From Bacteroidia bacterium (GTDB lineage Bacteria; Bacteroidota; Bacteroidia; AKYH767-A; OLB10), in NCBI GenBank assembly GCA_044230205.1, contig JBGARN010000002.1, positions 10,479 through 74,478 of the forward strand: a stretch of 64,000 bases of DNA. The letters are read 5' to 3'. The notes below the pieces were generated by a model. That model saw nothing but the letters and a program-made list of their open reading frames with translations, searched no databases and was not told where the DNA came from. Both the position numbers and the translations under genes were made by a program. How positions within the stretch are numbered: position 1 is the stretch's first letter; each line of letters begins with the position of its first letter. Shown here in pieces: positions 40,176-51,295 of the stretch.

Positions 40176-40591
40176 GCTTGAAGGCGAAGTACTGGGTAAA
40201 ATCCCCAACATATTCACACCTAATAATGATGGTTTAAATGATGTATTTGAATTTTCAGGCTCTGACGAATTATCTTCATTTGAAATTTCAATTTATGACC
40301 GTTGGGGGAAACGCATGTTTCATACTGCAGACTTTAGCCAAAAGTGGAATGGGAGGTTTAACGACAACCTTGTACCTGAAGGCGTTTATTTTTATGCATT
40401 AACATATGAATCTCCTTGCACTGAAGGCAAAGTTTCGCACAGTGGACACGTGCAAGTACTCTATTCAAAGAAATAACTGCATCAACACTTCAAATCACCA
40501 GTTATAAATTTATTCCCTGAGCATTTCTAATCGCCATACATCCAGGTTGATTATACTTGTGACCAGCCTCATTAAATAGTATCAACTCTAT

Positions 40592-40627
40592 TTTGACAAT
40601 GCAACAAAATCAAACTTGTTACATTTG
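40592..40627 (+). promoter_or_regulatory. Candidate promoter (TTTG ... TACATTTG)
   Basis: TACATTTG at 40620-40627 lies 29 nt upstream of the maeB ATG. TTTG at 40592-40595 leaves 24 nt of spacing, slightly longer than the usual 19-21. Confidence 0.3.
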
Positions 40628-40656
40628 TTACCTTTTGAAGCAAACGATCATAGCAA

Positions 40657-42912
40657 ATGGATAATAAACAAGAAGCGCTCGATTATCATTCCGGTGGGCG
40701 TCCGGGTAAAATTGAAGTTGTTCCAACCAAACCATACAGTTCTCAACGCGACCTTACACTTGCTTATTCGCCAGGTGTTGCAGAACCCTGCCTTGAAATT
40801 GAAAAGAATCCTGATGATGTTTATAAATATACAGCCAAGGGAAATTTAGTAGCTGTAATTTCAAATGGCACTGCCGTGCTTGGCCTGGGAAATATTGGTT
40901 CGCTGGCGTCAAAACCGGTAATGGAGGGTAAGGGGCTGCTCTTTAAAATATTTGCCGACATTGATGTATTCGATATTGAAATTGATCAAACCAATGTTGA
41001 TGATTTTGTAAAAACTGTAAAAGCAATTGCTCCCACATTTGGAGGTATTAATCTTGAAGACATAAAAGCTCCTGAGTGTTTTGAAATTGAACGAAGGCTC
41101 AAAGAGGAACTGACCATACCCATCATGCACGATGATCAGCATGGCACTGCAATAATTTCAGGGGCAGGTTTAATCAATGCGCTTGAAATTGCAAATAAGA
41201 AAATTGAAGAGGTTCAGATTGTAGTTAATGGGGCGGGAGCTTCTGCAATTTCATGTGCAAAAATATATCTATCGCTTGGCGCAAAAAAAGAGAACATCGT
41301 AATGCTCGACAGTAAAGGCGTAATTCGCACCGATGGAGAATACCCTGATGAGCACAAAAGGTTTTTTGCTACAAGCCGGGATATCCATACACTGGAAGAA
41401 GCAATTGTAAATGCTGATGTTTTTATAGGTTTATCAAAGGGCAACATACTTAATGCTGCCATGATACAATCCATGAATAAAAGCCCGGTTGTATTTGCGC
41501 TTGCCAACCCTGTTCCTGAAATTTCATATGAAGATGCTATGGCAGCGCGCAAGGATGTTATTGTAGCAACCGGCAGAAGCGATTATCCAAACCAGGTGAA
41601 TAATGTATTGGGCTTCCCATTTATTTTTAGAGGAGCGTTGGATGTGCGCGCAACAAAAATTAATGAGGAAATGAAACTCGCTGCTGTATATGCAATTGCC
41701 AATCTCACCAAGGAGCCTGTTCCAGATATTGTCAACCTTGCTTACAATAAAGCTAACCTTTCATTTGGCCGTGATTATATAATTCCTAAGCCATTGGATC
41801 CGCGCTTAATTTCAACAGTAGCTCCTGCTGTGGCACGTGCAGCTATAAAATCAGGTGTTGCACAGCATAATATTGGCAATTGGGAAAAGTATATTGAAGA
41901 GTTGGAAAAACGTTTGGGCCGTGATAATAAAATTATCAAAGTCCTTACCAATAAAGCTAAACAGGATCCTAAACGGGTAGTATTTGCCGAGGCAGATAAT
42001 TATAAAATTTTGAAAGCTGCGCAATTGGTACGCGATGAAAAAATGGCTTATCCTATTTTATTAGGCAACAGGCAGAAGATTAATAAGCTGCTAAAAGAAA
42101 ATAATCTTGATTTGAGCGACATTCCAATTATTGATCCGCGTGAGGAAGAAGATCACATGAAGCGTTTCGGTGAGTTGTATTTTGAAAAACGCAAACGAAA
42201 AGGTTTTACTCTTTACGAAGCCCGCAAAATAATGATGGAGCGAAACTACTATGGTTGCATGATGGTGGAAACAGGTCAAGCCGATGCGGTTATTTCAGGT
42301 TTAACACGCAAATATGCAGATGTGATAAAACCCGCTTTGCGCATTTTTGGTACAAGACCGGAGATGAACATTGTTGCCGGAATGTACATTCTTATAACCC
42401 GAAAGGGCCCGGTTTTCTTTGCTGACACTACGGTAAACATCAGCCCAGATACCAAACAGCTTACAGATATTGTTTTACTTACAGCACAAGCCGTGCAGCA
42501 ATTTAATGTAATACCGCGTATAGCCATGTTATCATATAGTAATTTTGGGTCGAGCAACGAACCTAATGTTAAAACGGTTCGCGATGCTGTTGCTTACTTA
42601 CACGAACATTATCCGGGATTGATTGTTGATGGGGAAATCCAGGCTAACCTTGCTTTCAATACCCAATTGCTGATGGATAATTATCCGTTTACCGAACTGA
42701 TTAACGGTGGCGCCAACACACTTATTTTTCCAAATCTTGAAGCAGGAAACATTGCCTATAAATTGATGATGGAGCTTGCCGGTGCAGAAGCAATTGGTCC
42801 TGTGTTGCTGGGCATGAACAAACCTGTTCATGTACTTCAGCTTGGCAGCAGTGTTCGTGAAATTGTTAATATGGTTAGCATAGCGGTAGTTGATGCTCAA
42901 AGCAGAAATTAA
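40657..42912 (+). CDS. maeB: NADP-dependent malic enzyme (malic enzyme + phosphotransacetylase-like domain)
   Basis: 751 aa: [37 protein letters not shown], with a C-terminal PTA-like domain. Confidence 0.9.
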   Translation: MDNKQEALDYHSGGRPGKIEVVPTKPYSSQRDLTLAYSPGVAEPCLEIEKNPDDVYKYTAKGNLVAVISNGTAVLGLGNIGSLASKPVMEGKGLLFKIFADIDVFDIEIDQTNVDDFVKTVKAIAPTFGGINLEDIKAPECFEIERRLKEELTIPIMHDDQHGTAIISGAGLINALEIANKKIEEVQIVVNGAGASAISCAKIYLSLGAKKENIVMLDSKGVIRTDGEYPDEHKRFFATSRDIHTLEEAIVNADVFIGLSKGNILNAAMIQSMNKSPVVFALANPVPEISYEDAMAARKDVIVATGRSDYPNQVNNVLGFPFIFRGALDVRATKINEEMKLAAVYAIANLTKEPVPDIVNLAYNKANLSFGRDYIIPKPLDPRLISTVAPAVARAAIKSGVAQHNIGNWEKYIEELEKRLGRDNKIIKVLTNKAKQDPKRVVFAEADNYKILKAAQLVRDEKMAYPILLGNRQKINKLLKENNLDLSDIPIIDPREEEDHMKRFGELYFEKRKRKGFTLYEARKIMMERNYYGCMMVETGQADAVISGLTRKYADVIKPALRIFGTRPEMNIVAGMYILITRKGPVFFADTTVNISPDTKQLTDIVLLTAQAVQQFNVIPRIAMLSYSNFGSSNEPNVKTVRDAVAYLHEHYPGLIVDGEIQANLAFNTQLLMDNYPFTELINGGANTLIFPNLEAGNIAYKLMMELAGAEAIGPVLLGMNKPVHVLQLGSSVREIVNMVSIAVVDAQSRN

Positions 42913-42921
42913 AAATAGCTT

Positions 42922-44352
42922 ATGACACAAAGAGAAAATATTTCTGTTTTTCATATTTTTAAAATTGGAGTTGGACCTTCAAGTTCACATACGTTAGGGC
43001 CATGGCGTGCTGCTCAGCAATTTTTAAATCTAATCAATAGCAGAGAGTTACTACATGAAGTGACACAACTGCGTGTTCATCTTTTTGGTTCACTGGCAAA
43101 AACCGGTAAAGGACACGGAACAGATATTGCTGTTCAACTTGGGTTATGTGGCGATGACCCTGTAACATTTGATGTATATGCTATTACACCGAAAATCACA
43201 CGGATAAGTATTGAAAAAAAAATAAAACTTGATGCAAAGCATCTGATTAATTTCGATCCCGAAACTGACCTGGTTTTTCATTTTGAAAAATCACTTCCTT
43301 TTCACCCTAATGCATTGACCTTTGAAGCAACAACACGTTCAGGTATTACAATTAACGAAACTTACTATTCAATTGGCGGAGGTTTTGTTGTACAGGAAAA
43401 CATGCCTGCATCAGCCGATGATGAAGTTGTATTACAACACCCTATTGATACAGCAGAACATTTAATTGCATATTGCGATGAGACAGGTTTGAGTATCAGT
43501 GATGTGGTGATGATTAATGAAAAGTGCTGGCGAAGTGAAAGTGAAACACGCAATGGCGTTTTGGAAATATGGAAGGTAATGCGGGAATGTATTTATCGCG
43601 GGTGCCATGCACGGGGTGAATTGCCTGGCGGGTTACGGGTGGTGCGCAGGGCCGAAAACATTAACAGGAATTTACTCAAGGGAAAAGCCTATAACAATTA
43701 TGATGAATGGCTTACCCTGATACAGCAGGGCGGAAATAACTTTCGCTATATACTTGATTGGGTAAGCTGTTTTGCATTGGCTGTAAATGAAGAAAATGCA
43801 GCATTCGGACGTGTGGTTACTGCCCCGACTAATGGAGCTGCCGGAGTGGTGCCGGCCGTGCTTCAGTACTTTACTGCTTTTTGCAATGGCAATGATGACG
43901 ATAAGATCATCCGCTTCCTCTTAACTGCTTCTGAAATAGGAAGTATTTTCAAAAAAGGCTCAACAATAAGTGCTGCAATGGGCGGCTGCCAGGCAGAAAT
44001 AGGAGTATCATCAGCTATGGCTGCTGCAGCGCTAACTGAATCGCTTGGCGGAACACCTGACCAAACTCTTATGGCAGCCGAAATTGCCATGGAACACCAC
44101 CTTGGGCTAACCTGCGACCCTATACGTGGTTTGGTTCAAATACCATGCATTGAACGTAACACCATGGGAGCTATAAAAGCCATTACTGCTTCGCAGCTTG
44201 CACTGCAAAGTAATCCTGATCATGCAAAAGTGAGCCTTGATGGTGTTGTAAAAACCATGTGGACCACTGCTCAGGATATGAACAGCAAATACAAGGAAAC
44301 TGCTGATGGTGGCCTTGCAATTAATATCCCTATTAGTTTACCCGAATGCTGA
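42922..44352 (+). CDS. sdaA: L-serine ammonia-lyase (Fe-S type, fused alpha/beta)
   Basis: 476 aa: [53 protein letters not shown]...PCIERN. Confidence 0.9.
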   Translation: MTQRENISVFHIFKIGVGPSSSHTLGPWRAAQQFLNLINSRELLHEVTQLRVHLFGSLAKTGKGHGTDIAVQLGLCGDDPVTFDVYAITPKITRISIEKKIKLDAKHLINFDPETDLVFHFEKSLPFHPNALTFEATTRSGITINETYYSIGGGFVVQENMPASADDEVVLQHPIDTAEHLIAYCDETGLSISDVVMINEKCWRSESETRNGVLEIWKVMRECIYRGCHARGELPGGLRVVRRAENINRNLLKGKAYNNYDEWLTLIQQGGNNFRYILDWVSCFALAVNEENAAFGRVVTAPTNGAAGVVPAVLQYFTAFCNGNDDDKIIRFLLTASEIGSIFKKGSTISAAMGGCQAEIGVSSAMAAAALTESLGGTPDQTLMAAEIAMEHHLGLTCDPIRGLVQIPCIERNTMGAIKAITASQLALQSNPDHAKVSLDGVVKTMWTTAQDMNSKYKETADGGLAINIPISLPEC

Positions 44353-44364
44353 TTAACCTTGAAT

Positions 44365-45411
44365 ATGGAAGATACGCTAACGAATCCTAAATGTCCGAAC
44401 TGCGAATCTGAAGTAGCAGGACATTATTGTCATTTCTGCGGACAAAAGTATCACGATCATAAAGAGACCTTTGGAGAATTGGTGTACGAATTTTTCAGTG
44501 ACTTCACTCACTGGGATTCGAGATTTATAAAAACAGTTTTGCCATTACTTTTAAATCCCGGTAAAATTTCAATTGAATATATTAACGGGAAAAGAAGAAG
44601 CCAGTTTCATCCTATACGTCTTTATATTTTTTCAAGCTTTGTTTATTTTTTATTGATTTTCAGTTGCGGAAAAACAAATCAAACCACCAACCATAAGCTA
44701 AATAACACGAAAGATTCGGTATCAACACAAAATGTAAATGCTTTATCCGATACAGCCGTTTTGCCGAACAAGGAAATAATGATTTCACCTTTAGGAAAAA
44801 TTATAGTAAAAAATACTGGCGATAGCACAGCTATCAATAATTACATTCAAACCAAACCCACCGAAATTGAATCTCTTGTTAATGCAAAAACATCTCCCGA
44901 AGCCTATCTAAACTGGCAGAAATCATTGCCGAAGGAACAACAACATGGATTTTGGAAAAAACATGCTTATGCTAACTACCTTAAAATTAATCCAGCTAAC
45001 AGCGAGAATTTACAGGATACATATAAAAAGATAGGCTCAGCCATTTTACACAACATACCGCGAATGATGTTTTTTCTGCTACCCTTATTCGCCTTAATAA
45101 TGAAAATGTTATACTTCAAACATCGTAAATTTTACTATGCCGATTTTGCTGTTATAGCATTACATTACTTCAGTTTTATTTTTGTGATTCTTATGTTGTT
45201 ATTTTTATTGGATAAAATTACCGACAGTAACTTACCCGGGTTTATCATCGTGCTCTGGATATTTGTTTACCTTTTTCTTCTATTGAAGAGAATATTTGCA
45301 CAGAATTTTATAAAAACATCAATTAAGTATACTCTATTGCTGATGATTTGTTTATTCATGTTTGCAATAGCATTCATGATCAATGCAGTGTTAAGCACTG
45401 TTATGGCATAG
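44365..45411 (+). CDS. DUF3667-type membrane protein with N-terminal zinc-ribbon
   Basis: CPNCESEVAGHYCHFCGQKY followed by a multi-TM C-terminal half. The ATG at 44365 is preferred over the TTG at 44359. Confidence 0.7.
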   Translation: MEDTLTNPKCPNCESEVAGHYCHFCGQKYHDHKETFGELVYEFFSDFTHWDSRFIKTVLPLLLNPGKISIEYINGKRRSQFHPIRLYIFSSFVYFLLIFSCGKTNQTTNHKLNNTKDSVSTQNVNALSDTAVLPNKEIMISPLGKIIVKNTGDSTAINNYIQTKPTEIESLVNAKTSPEAYLNWQKSLPKEQQHGFWKKHAYANYLKINPANSENLQDTYKKIGSAILHNIPRMMFFLLPLFALIMKMLYFKHRKFYYADFAVIALHYFSFIFVILMLLFLLDKITDSNLPGFIIVLWIFVYLFLLLKRIFAQNFIKTSIKYTLLLMICLFMFAIAFMINAVLSTVMA

Positions 45412-45531
45412 AAAATTTGATTTGTTCAATCCGTCATTAAATTGAAATATTTTTAATCCTGGTGATTTTATTCCAGCCATTCCATTAATATTGGTAATTA
45501 CATTTTGCAGAATTATTAAAAGTAACACACC

Positions 45532-46746
45532 ATGAAAACACAATTACTTTCTGCACTGTTTTTTTTATTAAGTGTCACCTGCTTTTCGCAATGGACTCCT
45601 GTAAACATAAACAGCGGATACAGTCTGAAAAAGGTAATATTTACTGATAGCACTACCGGTTATTTAATTGGTGATACCATAATAGGCCTGAACCTTGCCG
45701 GCAAAATTTATAAAACCAGTGATGCAGGTATAACTTGGGATCAAAAAGATTTTATACTGCTGGCCAATTCCGATATTGATTTCATTCATAGTGATACTGT
45801 TTTTGTTTCTTCAAACGATGGACAGTATACTTATACAAGACTCACAACCAATGGTGGTACAACCTGGCTAACTGTAAATCCTGATGCACCTAATGGTCCA
45901 CAACATTTTATATCTGCTACAAAAGGCTTTGCCACTAAAAACATCAGCGGTAACATTGAGATATATAAAACTACAGACGGTGGCGCGTTCTGGAAACCTA
46001 CCACAATTACATCCGGACCAAGTGCAGTACAGGATATTCAATATATAAATGCTACCGAAGGTTTTGTTGGCGGGCTTTATGGTCCTCTTATGGCAAACAT
46101 TAATATGAGTATGTTGCAAGTTAACTATATGGGGGCTCAAACATTTGCAACACATGAATTGCAGTTTTTTAACAGTGATACCGGGTATTTTGCGGCTTTG
46201 GAAACAGTGAATAATATTTCATCTCTTTACTTCACTCCTGACAAAGGAATAACTATACAACCTACTATTGATTTTACTTTGTTCGGGCTTGCGGCAAGTG
46301 AAGAAATCATTTCATTCGATTGTTATGATTTGATGCATTGTCTTTGCCTCACAATCTCCGGCATCATGTTTTATACAGACGATGGCGGGGTAAGCTGGTG
46401 GAATGAAAATTCTGGTTATCAGAATTTATACTCTGTAGACTATCAGCCCGGATTTGCAATTGCTGTTGGTGAAAACGGCTTGGTATTAAGACGTGATTTC
46501 TCTACTGCAGTAAATGAGGTCAGCATTAAAAATCAATTTAGATGCTTTCCAAATCCGGCTCAGCAAAGCATAACAGTAAGTGGTTCAGGAATTATTTATC
46601 CTATTACAATTATTGATTTGGCAGGCAAAACAGTTAGTGTTTCGCAAGACGCTACAATTGAAACCAAAGCATTAACCCCTGGAATATACTTTGCCAGGAT
46701 TGAAACCTCACGTGGAGTTTATCATACTAAATTTGTAAGGTTGTAA
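45532..46746 (+). CDS. T9SS type-A cargo, BNR/Ycf48-like beta-propeller
   Basis: 404 aa with a signal peptide. Repeated (S/T)(T/S/D)(D/N)(A/G)G..W motifs (YKTSDAGITW, TTNGGTTW, YKTTDGGAFW, YTDDGGVSWW). C-terminus CFPNPAQQSITVSG...LTPGIYFARIE...KFVRL. Confidence 0.75.
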   Translation: MKTQLLSALFFLLSVTCFSQWTPVNINSGYSLKKVIFTDSTTGYLIGDTIIGLNLAGKIYKTSDAGITWDQKDFILLANSDIDFIHSDTVFVSSNDGQYTYTRLTTNGGTTWLTVNPDAPNGPQHFISATKGFATKNISGNIEIYKTTDGGAFWKPTTITSGPSAVQDIQYINATEGFVGGLYGPLMANINMSMLQVNYMGAQTFATHELQFFNSDTGYFAALETVNNISSLYFTPDKGITIQPTIDFTLFGLAASEEIISFDCYDLMHCLCLTISGIMFYTDDGGVSWWNENSGYQNLYSVDYQPGFAIAVGENGLVLRRDFSTAVNEVSIKNQFRCFPNPAQQSITVSGSGIIYPITIIDLAGKTVSVSQDATIETKALTPGIYFARIETSRGVYHTKFVRL

Positions 46747-46993
46747 AATCACTTCAATTGCCCTGAGGAGTTGTTTCCAATTTTAATAAAACAGAATTGT
46801 CTTAATGGAGATAAATTAATATCGAGCAACTTTTTATTATTTATAAAACTTTTCTGAAGCATAATTAGCTTTCTGAAAAATGATAGGTCTCAAAATATAG
46901 ACAATATGATCCTCTGTCAATTTAAGAATGCCAATCAGTTAAAATTCACCTTTTACAGAAGCATGAAAAAAATCAATTGCAGGCACGAAAAGT

Positions 46994-48601
46994 TTATAGT
47001 TTAAATACTTTTTGTTTTAGCTGCATAGTAGCACTGGTAACAACTACTACATATAACCCGGAAGACAAATCAGCTATTGAAGAATACCCTGGTGTTATAA
47101 TTTTTTCATTTCTAACAAGCCTGCCTGCATAATCATATATACTAAGTGTTACTGCCGGCACTGTACCCCTGATTTCAATAGTAGTGTTTTGCTGATCAAA
47201 ATACACCCCGAGCTTATCATCATCAATAGTTGACAATCCTGCCGTAAGGTTGCAGGTGTCAACAATGTTTTCACAAATAGCTGAATCAGCAAGAGTGATC
47301 AACGAATTTACAGTTGAATTAATTACAGATCCGCCAGTAGCCATTATCAGTGCGGGAGTGCTTATCCTGAAAGGCGGATATTCGGTAACTGTTGTTGCAA
47401 GACGGTCAGTTTCATTACAGCCACTGTTAAAATTATTATCTGTGCGGATCATTATGGGGCTGAAATAGCTGCTGTAATTGGTCGTAAAACCCGAAATTAA
47501 AATACCAATACCGTCAAAAGGTTTGGTTACGTATGGATAATGCGATCCTCCGTTATTGTAAGTGCGGGCCAGCAACAGGTTGCCGTTAAAATCAGTATTG
47601 AGTATTAAATGCTTGTTAGGTACAAATCCTGTTGTAGGATAACTCATTGTAGCCACTGCCAATGCATAGCCGTTAGTGGTGCTGATAATGGATGAAGCAT
47701 TCTCGCTGTGGTCAGGATTGGTTCCGTGATAACTCCGGCACCATGCAGTATCTCCGGCAGCATCGGTGGTTATCAGGAACTCATCGGCATACGATTGAAA
47801 ATTTGTTTTCATCACTGTAGTTGCTCCGCATAGTGCAAATCCGCCACCGGGCAATGAAAGCAGTCCGTATCCACAGCTATATTGATTGGTATCGCCATAC
47901 GCTTTCAGAAAATTTACATTTCCATTTTGATCTGTTTTTAGTAAAAAAGCGTAAAACGTGCCCTGGTCAATATACCTGCCTGTAGCTGCATAGCCGCTGT
48001 CAGGTGTCTGCACTATATCAAAAGCTTCATCAATGTTATGATAGGTTCCGTAACTTTTACCCCATAGGTAATTTCCATACTCATCAAGCTTAGCGATATA
48101 AACATCGCAGTAAGGGCTGCCTGCATCCTGGCCAAAGCTGTTGGTTTTACCGGCAATAACAAGGTCGTGCTTACTGGTTTCAATAATACTGTTCACCAGG
48201 TCATCACCCGTGCCCTGCATTATTTTTTGCCAGATAACATTTCCGCTGCCATCAGTTTTTGCAATAAGGATATTGTATGCATTGAAGGAGCCAACACTTG
48301 CTGCTATTACAAAACCACCATCGTAAGTAGGAATTGCACGCTGTGAAATATTTCCAACTGTAGAACTGTTATTAAAAGCACGGCACCAAACTACATCTCC
48401 ATCACAATCGGTTCGAGCCATAAACACTTTATAGTTACCCGTATTAATAATTCCTGTAAACAGGTAACCGCCATCTGCAAGTTGGTAAGCACCAAAGGAC
48501 TCTGCATCAGCGCCTGCATCGTAAAATTTTTGAAAAGTATTTTGCGCTTTGGCAGTAATTGAAACAATAACAAAAATAATAGCACTTATAAAAACTTTCA
48601 T
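46994..48601 (-). CDS. T9SS type-A cargo, multi-blade repeat (beta-propeller-like) protein
   Basis: 535 aa with a signal peptide and about 7 repeats of ...DGG(Y/F)...G......(A/L)K.D..GN..W.K.Y. C-terminus LSIYDYAGRLV...LSSGLYVVVV...QKVFKL. Confidence 0.75.
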   Translation of the reverse strand: MKVFISAIIFVIVSITAKAQNTFQKFYDAGADAESFGAYQLADGGYLFTGIINTGNYKVFMARTDCDGDVVWCRAFNNSSTVGNISQRAIPTYDGGFVIAASVGSFNAYNILIAKTDGSGNVIWQKIMQGTGDDLVNSIIETSKHDLVIAGKTNSFGQDAGSPYCDVYIAKLDEYGNYLWGKSYGTYHNIDEAFDIVQTPDSGYAATGRYIDQGTFYAFLLKTDQNGNVNFLKAYGDTNQYSCGYGLLSLPGGGFALCGATTVMKTNFQSYADEFLITTDAAGDTAWCRSYHGTNPDHSENASSIISTTNGYALAVATMSYPTTGFVPNKHLILNTDFNGNLLLARTYNNGGSHYPYVTKPFDGIGILISGFTTNYSSYFSPIMIRTDNNFNSGCNETDRLATTVTEYPPFRISTPALIMATGGSVINSTVNSLITLADSAICENIVDTCNLTAGLSTIDDDKLGVYFDQQNTTIEIRGTVPAVTLSIYDYAGRLVRNEKIITPGYSSIADLSSGLYVVVVTSATMQLKQKVFKL

Positions 48602-48731
48602 GGAATTGCTTACATTTTAAGAGTACTCAAAAATATAAATTGATGTCAGTTAAAAAACAAAACACTTAAATCCAGTAAGGGCAATAATCTTACAAGGTTG
48701 TACAAAATTAAGCAATAAGTACCTTAGCAAA

Positions 48732-51185
48732 GTGAAAAAGTACTTGCGGTATCTACTTTACGTTTTAGGAATTCTGGTGGTTTTGTCAATATCGCTTTTT
48801 GCTTATGTGTATTATAATAAAGCCCAATTACTGAAAAGCATTACAACAGCAATGAGTGAAACACTTCGCGCCAAAGTTACTGCCGAAGATCTCAAGGCTA
48901 CTTTTTTCAACGACTTCCCTCGAATTTCATTATCGCTTATTAACACCGAAGTGCATGATTCGTTATATAACATTTACCATACACCCTTGATCAGTGCTGA
49001 AAAGGTTTACTTAAAAACCGACATTACAGAATTGTTATTTATGAGAATTAATATCAACTCGTTTAAAATTAAAAATGCATCGTTTACTATTTTTAAAACA
49101 CCTTCAGGTTATTCCAATGATTACATTTTCAGGAATATCGATTCGGATACAGTAAAAAAAGAAAAGGGGAAGGGCAGTGTTAAATTAAACATTGAAGAAA
49201 TAATTTTTGAAAATGTAAAAGTGGTAATGAATGACAGTTTGAAAGTTAAGCGATTTGCCATTGACTTTCAGAAATTATCCAATCATCTTGACAGAACCGA
49301 CTCAATAGTAAATATTAATATGGCCGGCCAACTTCATTTTGGCGGGTTAGGATTTAACTTGCGTAAAGGCATGTACCTTGAAAATAAAAATGCCACAGTT
49401 AATTTTCATCTTAAAATAGTAAAAGGTTCTCAAACACTGCAAATTCTTCCGCAATCTGAGCTCGTAATTGATAAAAGCCAATTTAAGCTTGCCGGAAAAT
49501 TGTTCACCGGTAAAAACTCGTACCTGCAACTTAACTTTAAAAATGCCGGAGTTTCTTTTCAGCTGGCTTCAACTGTTGTCACCAAAAAAATTGCTGGAAA
49601 ACTTGCTAAATTTAAATGGACATCAGCACTTCAAACCGACTTTACACTTAAAACCAGGTTAGACACAACAGGTCTTGATCCTGAGATTGATATTCATGCT
49701 ACCTCTTCCCGGGGCATCGCAGTTACCATTGGCGGAATTGTGATTGACCATGTAAAGTTTGATGGCTATTTTACAAATCACACCGATTCAGGCAAAGAAG
49801 CAGGTGATCCTAATTCTCAAATCCGTTTTAAAGATTTAAGTGCGTCCATTGAAGGATTTCCATTTAAGGGAACTTTAGTGGTAAACAATTTTGAAACCAC
49901 AAGAATTAACCTTGATGTTATTTCTTCCTGCCGCCTGAATGAACAAAAAGATATGGTGGATCAAAACCTTCTCGATCTGAAAAGCGGGAAGCTTGATTTG
50001 CAACTACATTATTCCGGACCTGTTGATACGCTTTATTATAGTGAATCAAAAAAACTTATCGGAAGCTTAAATGGTAAATTAAATATTGAAAACGGAGAGT
50101 TTATTTACCTGCCTAAAAAATTCAAATTTCTAAAATTGAATGTGCATTGCACTTTTAATGAAAGTGATTTTACTATTCATAAGCTTACAGGCCAAATTAA
50201 CCGAAGTTCATTTAATGCAACCGGCAATGTATCTCAGCTTATACCATTCTTAATTGCCCCTGATGCCAACACGGTGGCTCAGCTTGACTTCAGGAGTGAT
50301 GGGATATATCTGGATGATTTTATGCAACCATCGACAAAATCAGCAACAAAAAAGACCTCTTCTAAAAAGGCAAAATTATCAGTTTCGAAAAAAATTGATG
50401 AAATAATAAACAACATTAACCTTGATGCACATTTAAGTGCTGATGTTATTAATTTCAAAAAATTTACCGGCAAAAATGCTCATGCAAAATGCATGATTAC
50501 CTTTACGGGTGTAACACTCACTGATTTTTCAATGGAGAATTCCGGAGGTATGTATTCCCTTGATGTTGCTTTTAATAAGCAGAGTAACAACAATTATAAA
50601 CTAAATGCAAAAGTTGAAGTTAGTAATGCCGATGCGGAGCAGTTGTTTCTGTCATGCAGCAATTTTGGCCAGGATAAAATAACGGATAAGAATATTAAAG
50701 GAACCATAAGCTTAAAAGCTGATTATACCTGTTCTCTGAACAATGCATTACAGGTAGTTCCTGAAACTATGGATGGCACTGTATCCTACACCATAAAAAA
50801 CGGGCAGCTGAACCACCTGAAAGTTTTGAATGATATTACAAAATTTGTTTTTCGCGATCGCGATTTTGATAATATTACTTTTCAGGATATCATAAGTAAA
50901 GTTGATATTAATGGTCCTGATATTGATATTGGCCAGTTAGATATAGCTTCAAATGTACTGAGCATGCGTGTTAATGGTATTTATAGTTTTAAAAATAATA
51001 CCGACATGAGTATACAGATTCCCCTGAAAAATTTTGAGAGGTCAGACAAACAATATAATATTACCCTTGAGGATTTATACAATTACAAAGGAGCTAATGT
51101 TTTTCTTCGGGCTAAATCAAAGGAAAATGGTAAAGTTGCAATTACTTACGATCCATTGAAGAAATTCAGAAAACCGAAAAAGTAG
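48732..51185 (+). CDS. AsmA-like large envelope protein (N-terminal TM anchor)
   Basis: 817 aa with a GTG start and a single N-terminal TM helix. Long beta-rich body with AsmA-like I.I.NG.F-type segments. Family call is tentative. Confidence 0.5.
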   Translation: MKKYLRYLLYVLGILVVLSISLFAYVYYNKAQLLKSITTAMSETLRAKVTAEDLKATFFNDFPRISLSLINTEVHDSLYNIYHTPLISAEKVYLKTDITELLFMRININSFKIKNASFTIFKTPSGYSNDYIFRNIDSDTVKKEKGKGSVKLNIEEIIFENVKVVMNDSLKVKRFAIDFQKLSNHLDRTDSIVNINMAGQLHFGGLGFNLRKGMYLENKNATVNFHLKIVKGSQTLQILPQSELVIDKSQFKLAGKLFTGKNSYLQLNFKNAGVSFQLASTVVTKKIAGKLAKFKWTSALQTDFTLKTRLDTTGLDPEIDIHATSSRGIAVTIGGIVIDHVKFDGYFTNHTDSGKEAGDPNSQIRFKDLSASIEGFPFKGTLVVNNFETTRINLDVISSCRLNEQKDMVDQNLLDLKSGKLDLQLHYSGPVDTLYYSESKKLIGSLNGKLNIENGEFIYLPKKFKFLKLNVHCTFNESDFTIHKLTGQINRSSFNATGNVSQLIPFLIAPDANTVAQLDFRSDGIYLDDFMQPSTKSATKKTSSKKAKLSVSKKIDEIINNINLDAHLSADVINFKKFTGKNAHAKCMITFTGVTLTDFSMENSGGMYSLDVAFNKQSNNNYKLNAKVEVSNADAEQLFLSCSNFGQDKITDKNIKGTISLKADYTCSLNNALQVVPETMDGTVSYTIKNGQLNHLKVLNDITKFVFRDRDFDNITFQDIISKVDINGPDIDIGQLDIASNVLSMRVNGIYSFKNNTDMSIQIPLKNFERSDKQYNITLEDLYNYKGANVFLRAKSKENGKVAITYDPLKKFRKPKK

Positions 51186-51295
51186 CAGCAGCAAAATTGA
51201 ATTAATTACTAATAATAAAAATCCTTTTAATTTATTGCCTTGATGCCTGTTGATTCAATCATTTTAACTTTCAAATACATTTATTACAAGCCTGC

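Larger units (their letters stand above)
37329..40476 (+). pseudogene. T9SS type-B (gliding-motility C-terminal domain) repeat protein, split by a 19-bp tandem duplication
   Basis: ORFs 37329..40073 and 40015..40476 overlap. Removing one 19-bp copy fuses them in frame (...IPVSLNAPVLTGYQYLWSNG...) into about 1042 aa. The C-terminus IPNIFTPNNDGLNDVFEF... is the type-B CTD. Confidence 0.8.

Noticed and set aside
40616-40849. 77-aa plus-strand ORF overlapping the maeB start in another frame
   Set aside because: The maeB frame begins with the conserved [16 protein letters not shown]-terminus. The alternative frame has no support.
42598-42954. 118-aa minus-strand ORF spanning the maeB/sdaA junction, and 41214..41552, 42276..42557
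   Set aside because: They are antisense to maeB, which is supported along its whole length. No motifs.
48405-48425. tRNA T-arm-like GGTTCGAGCC string
   Set aside because: It lies inside the well-supported T9SS cargo ORF 46994..48601, and no acceptor or anticodon arm context can be drawn around it.
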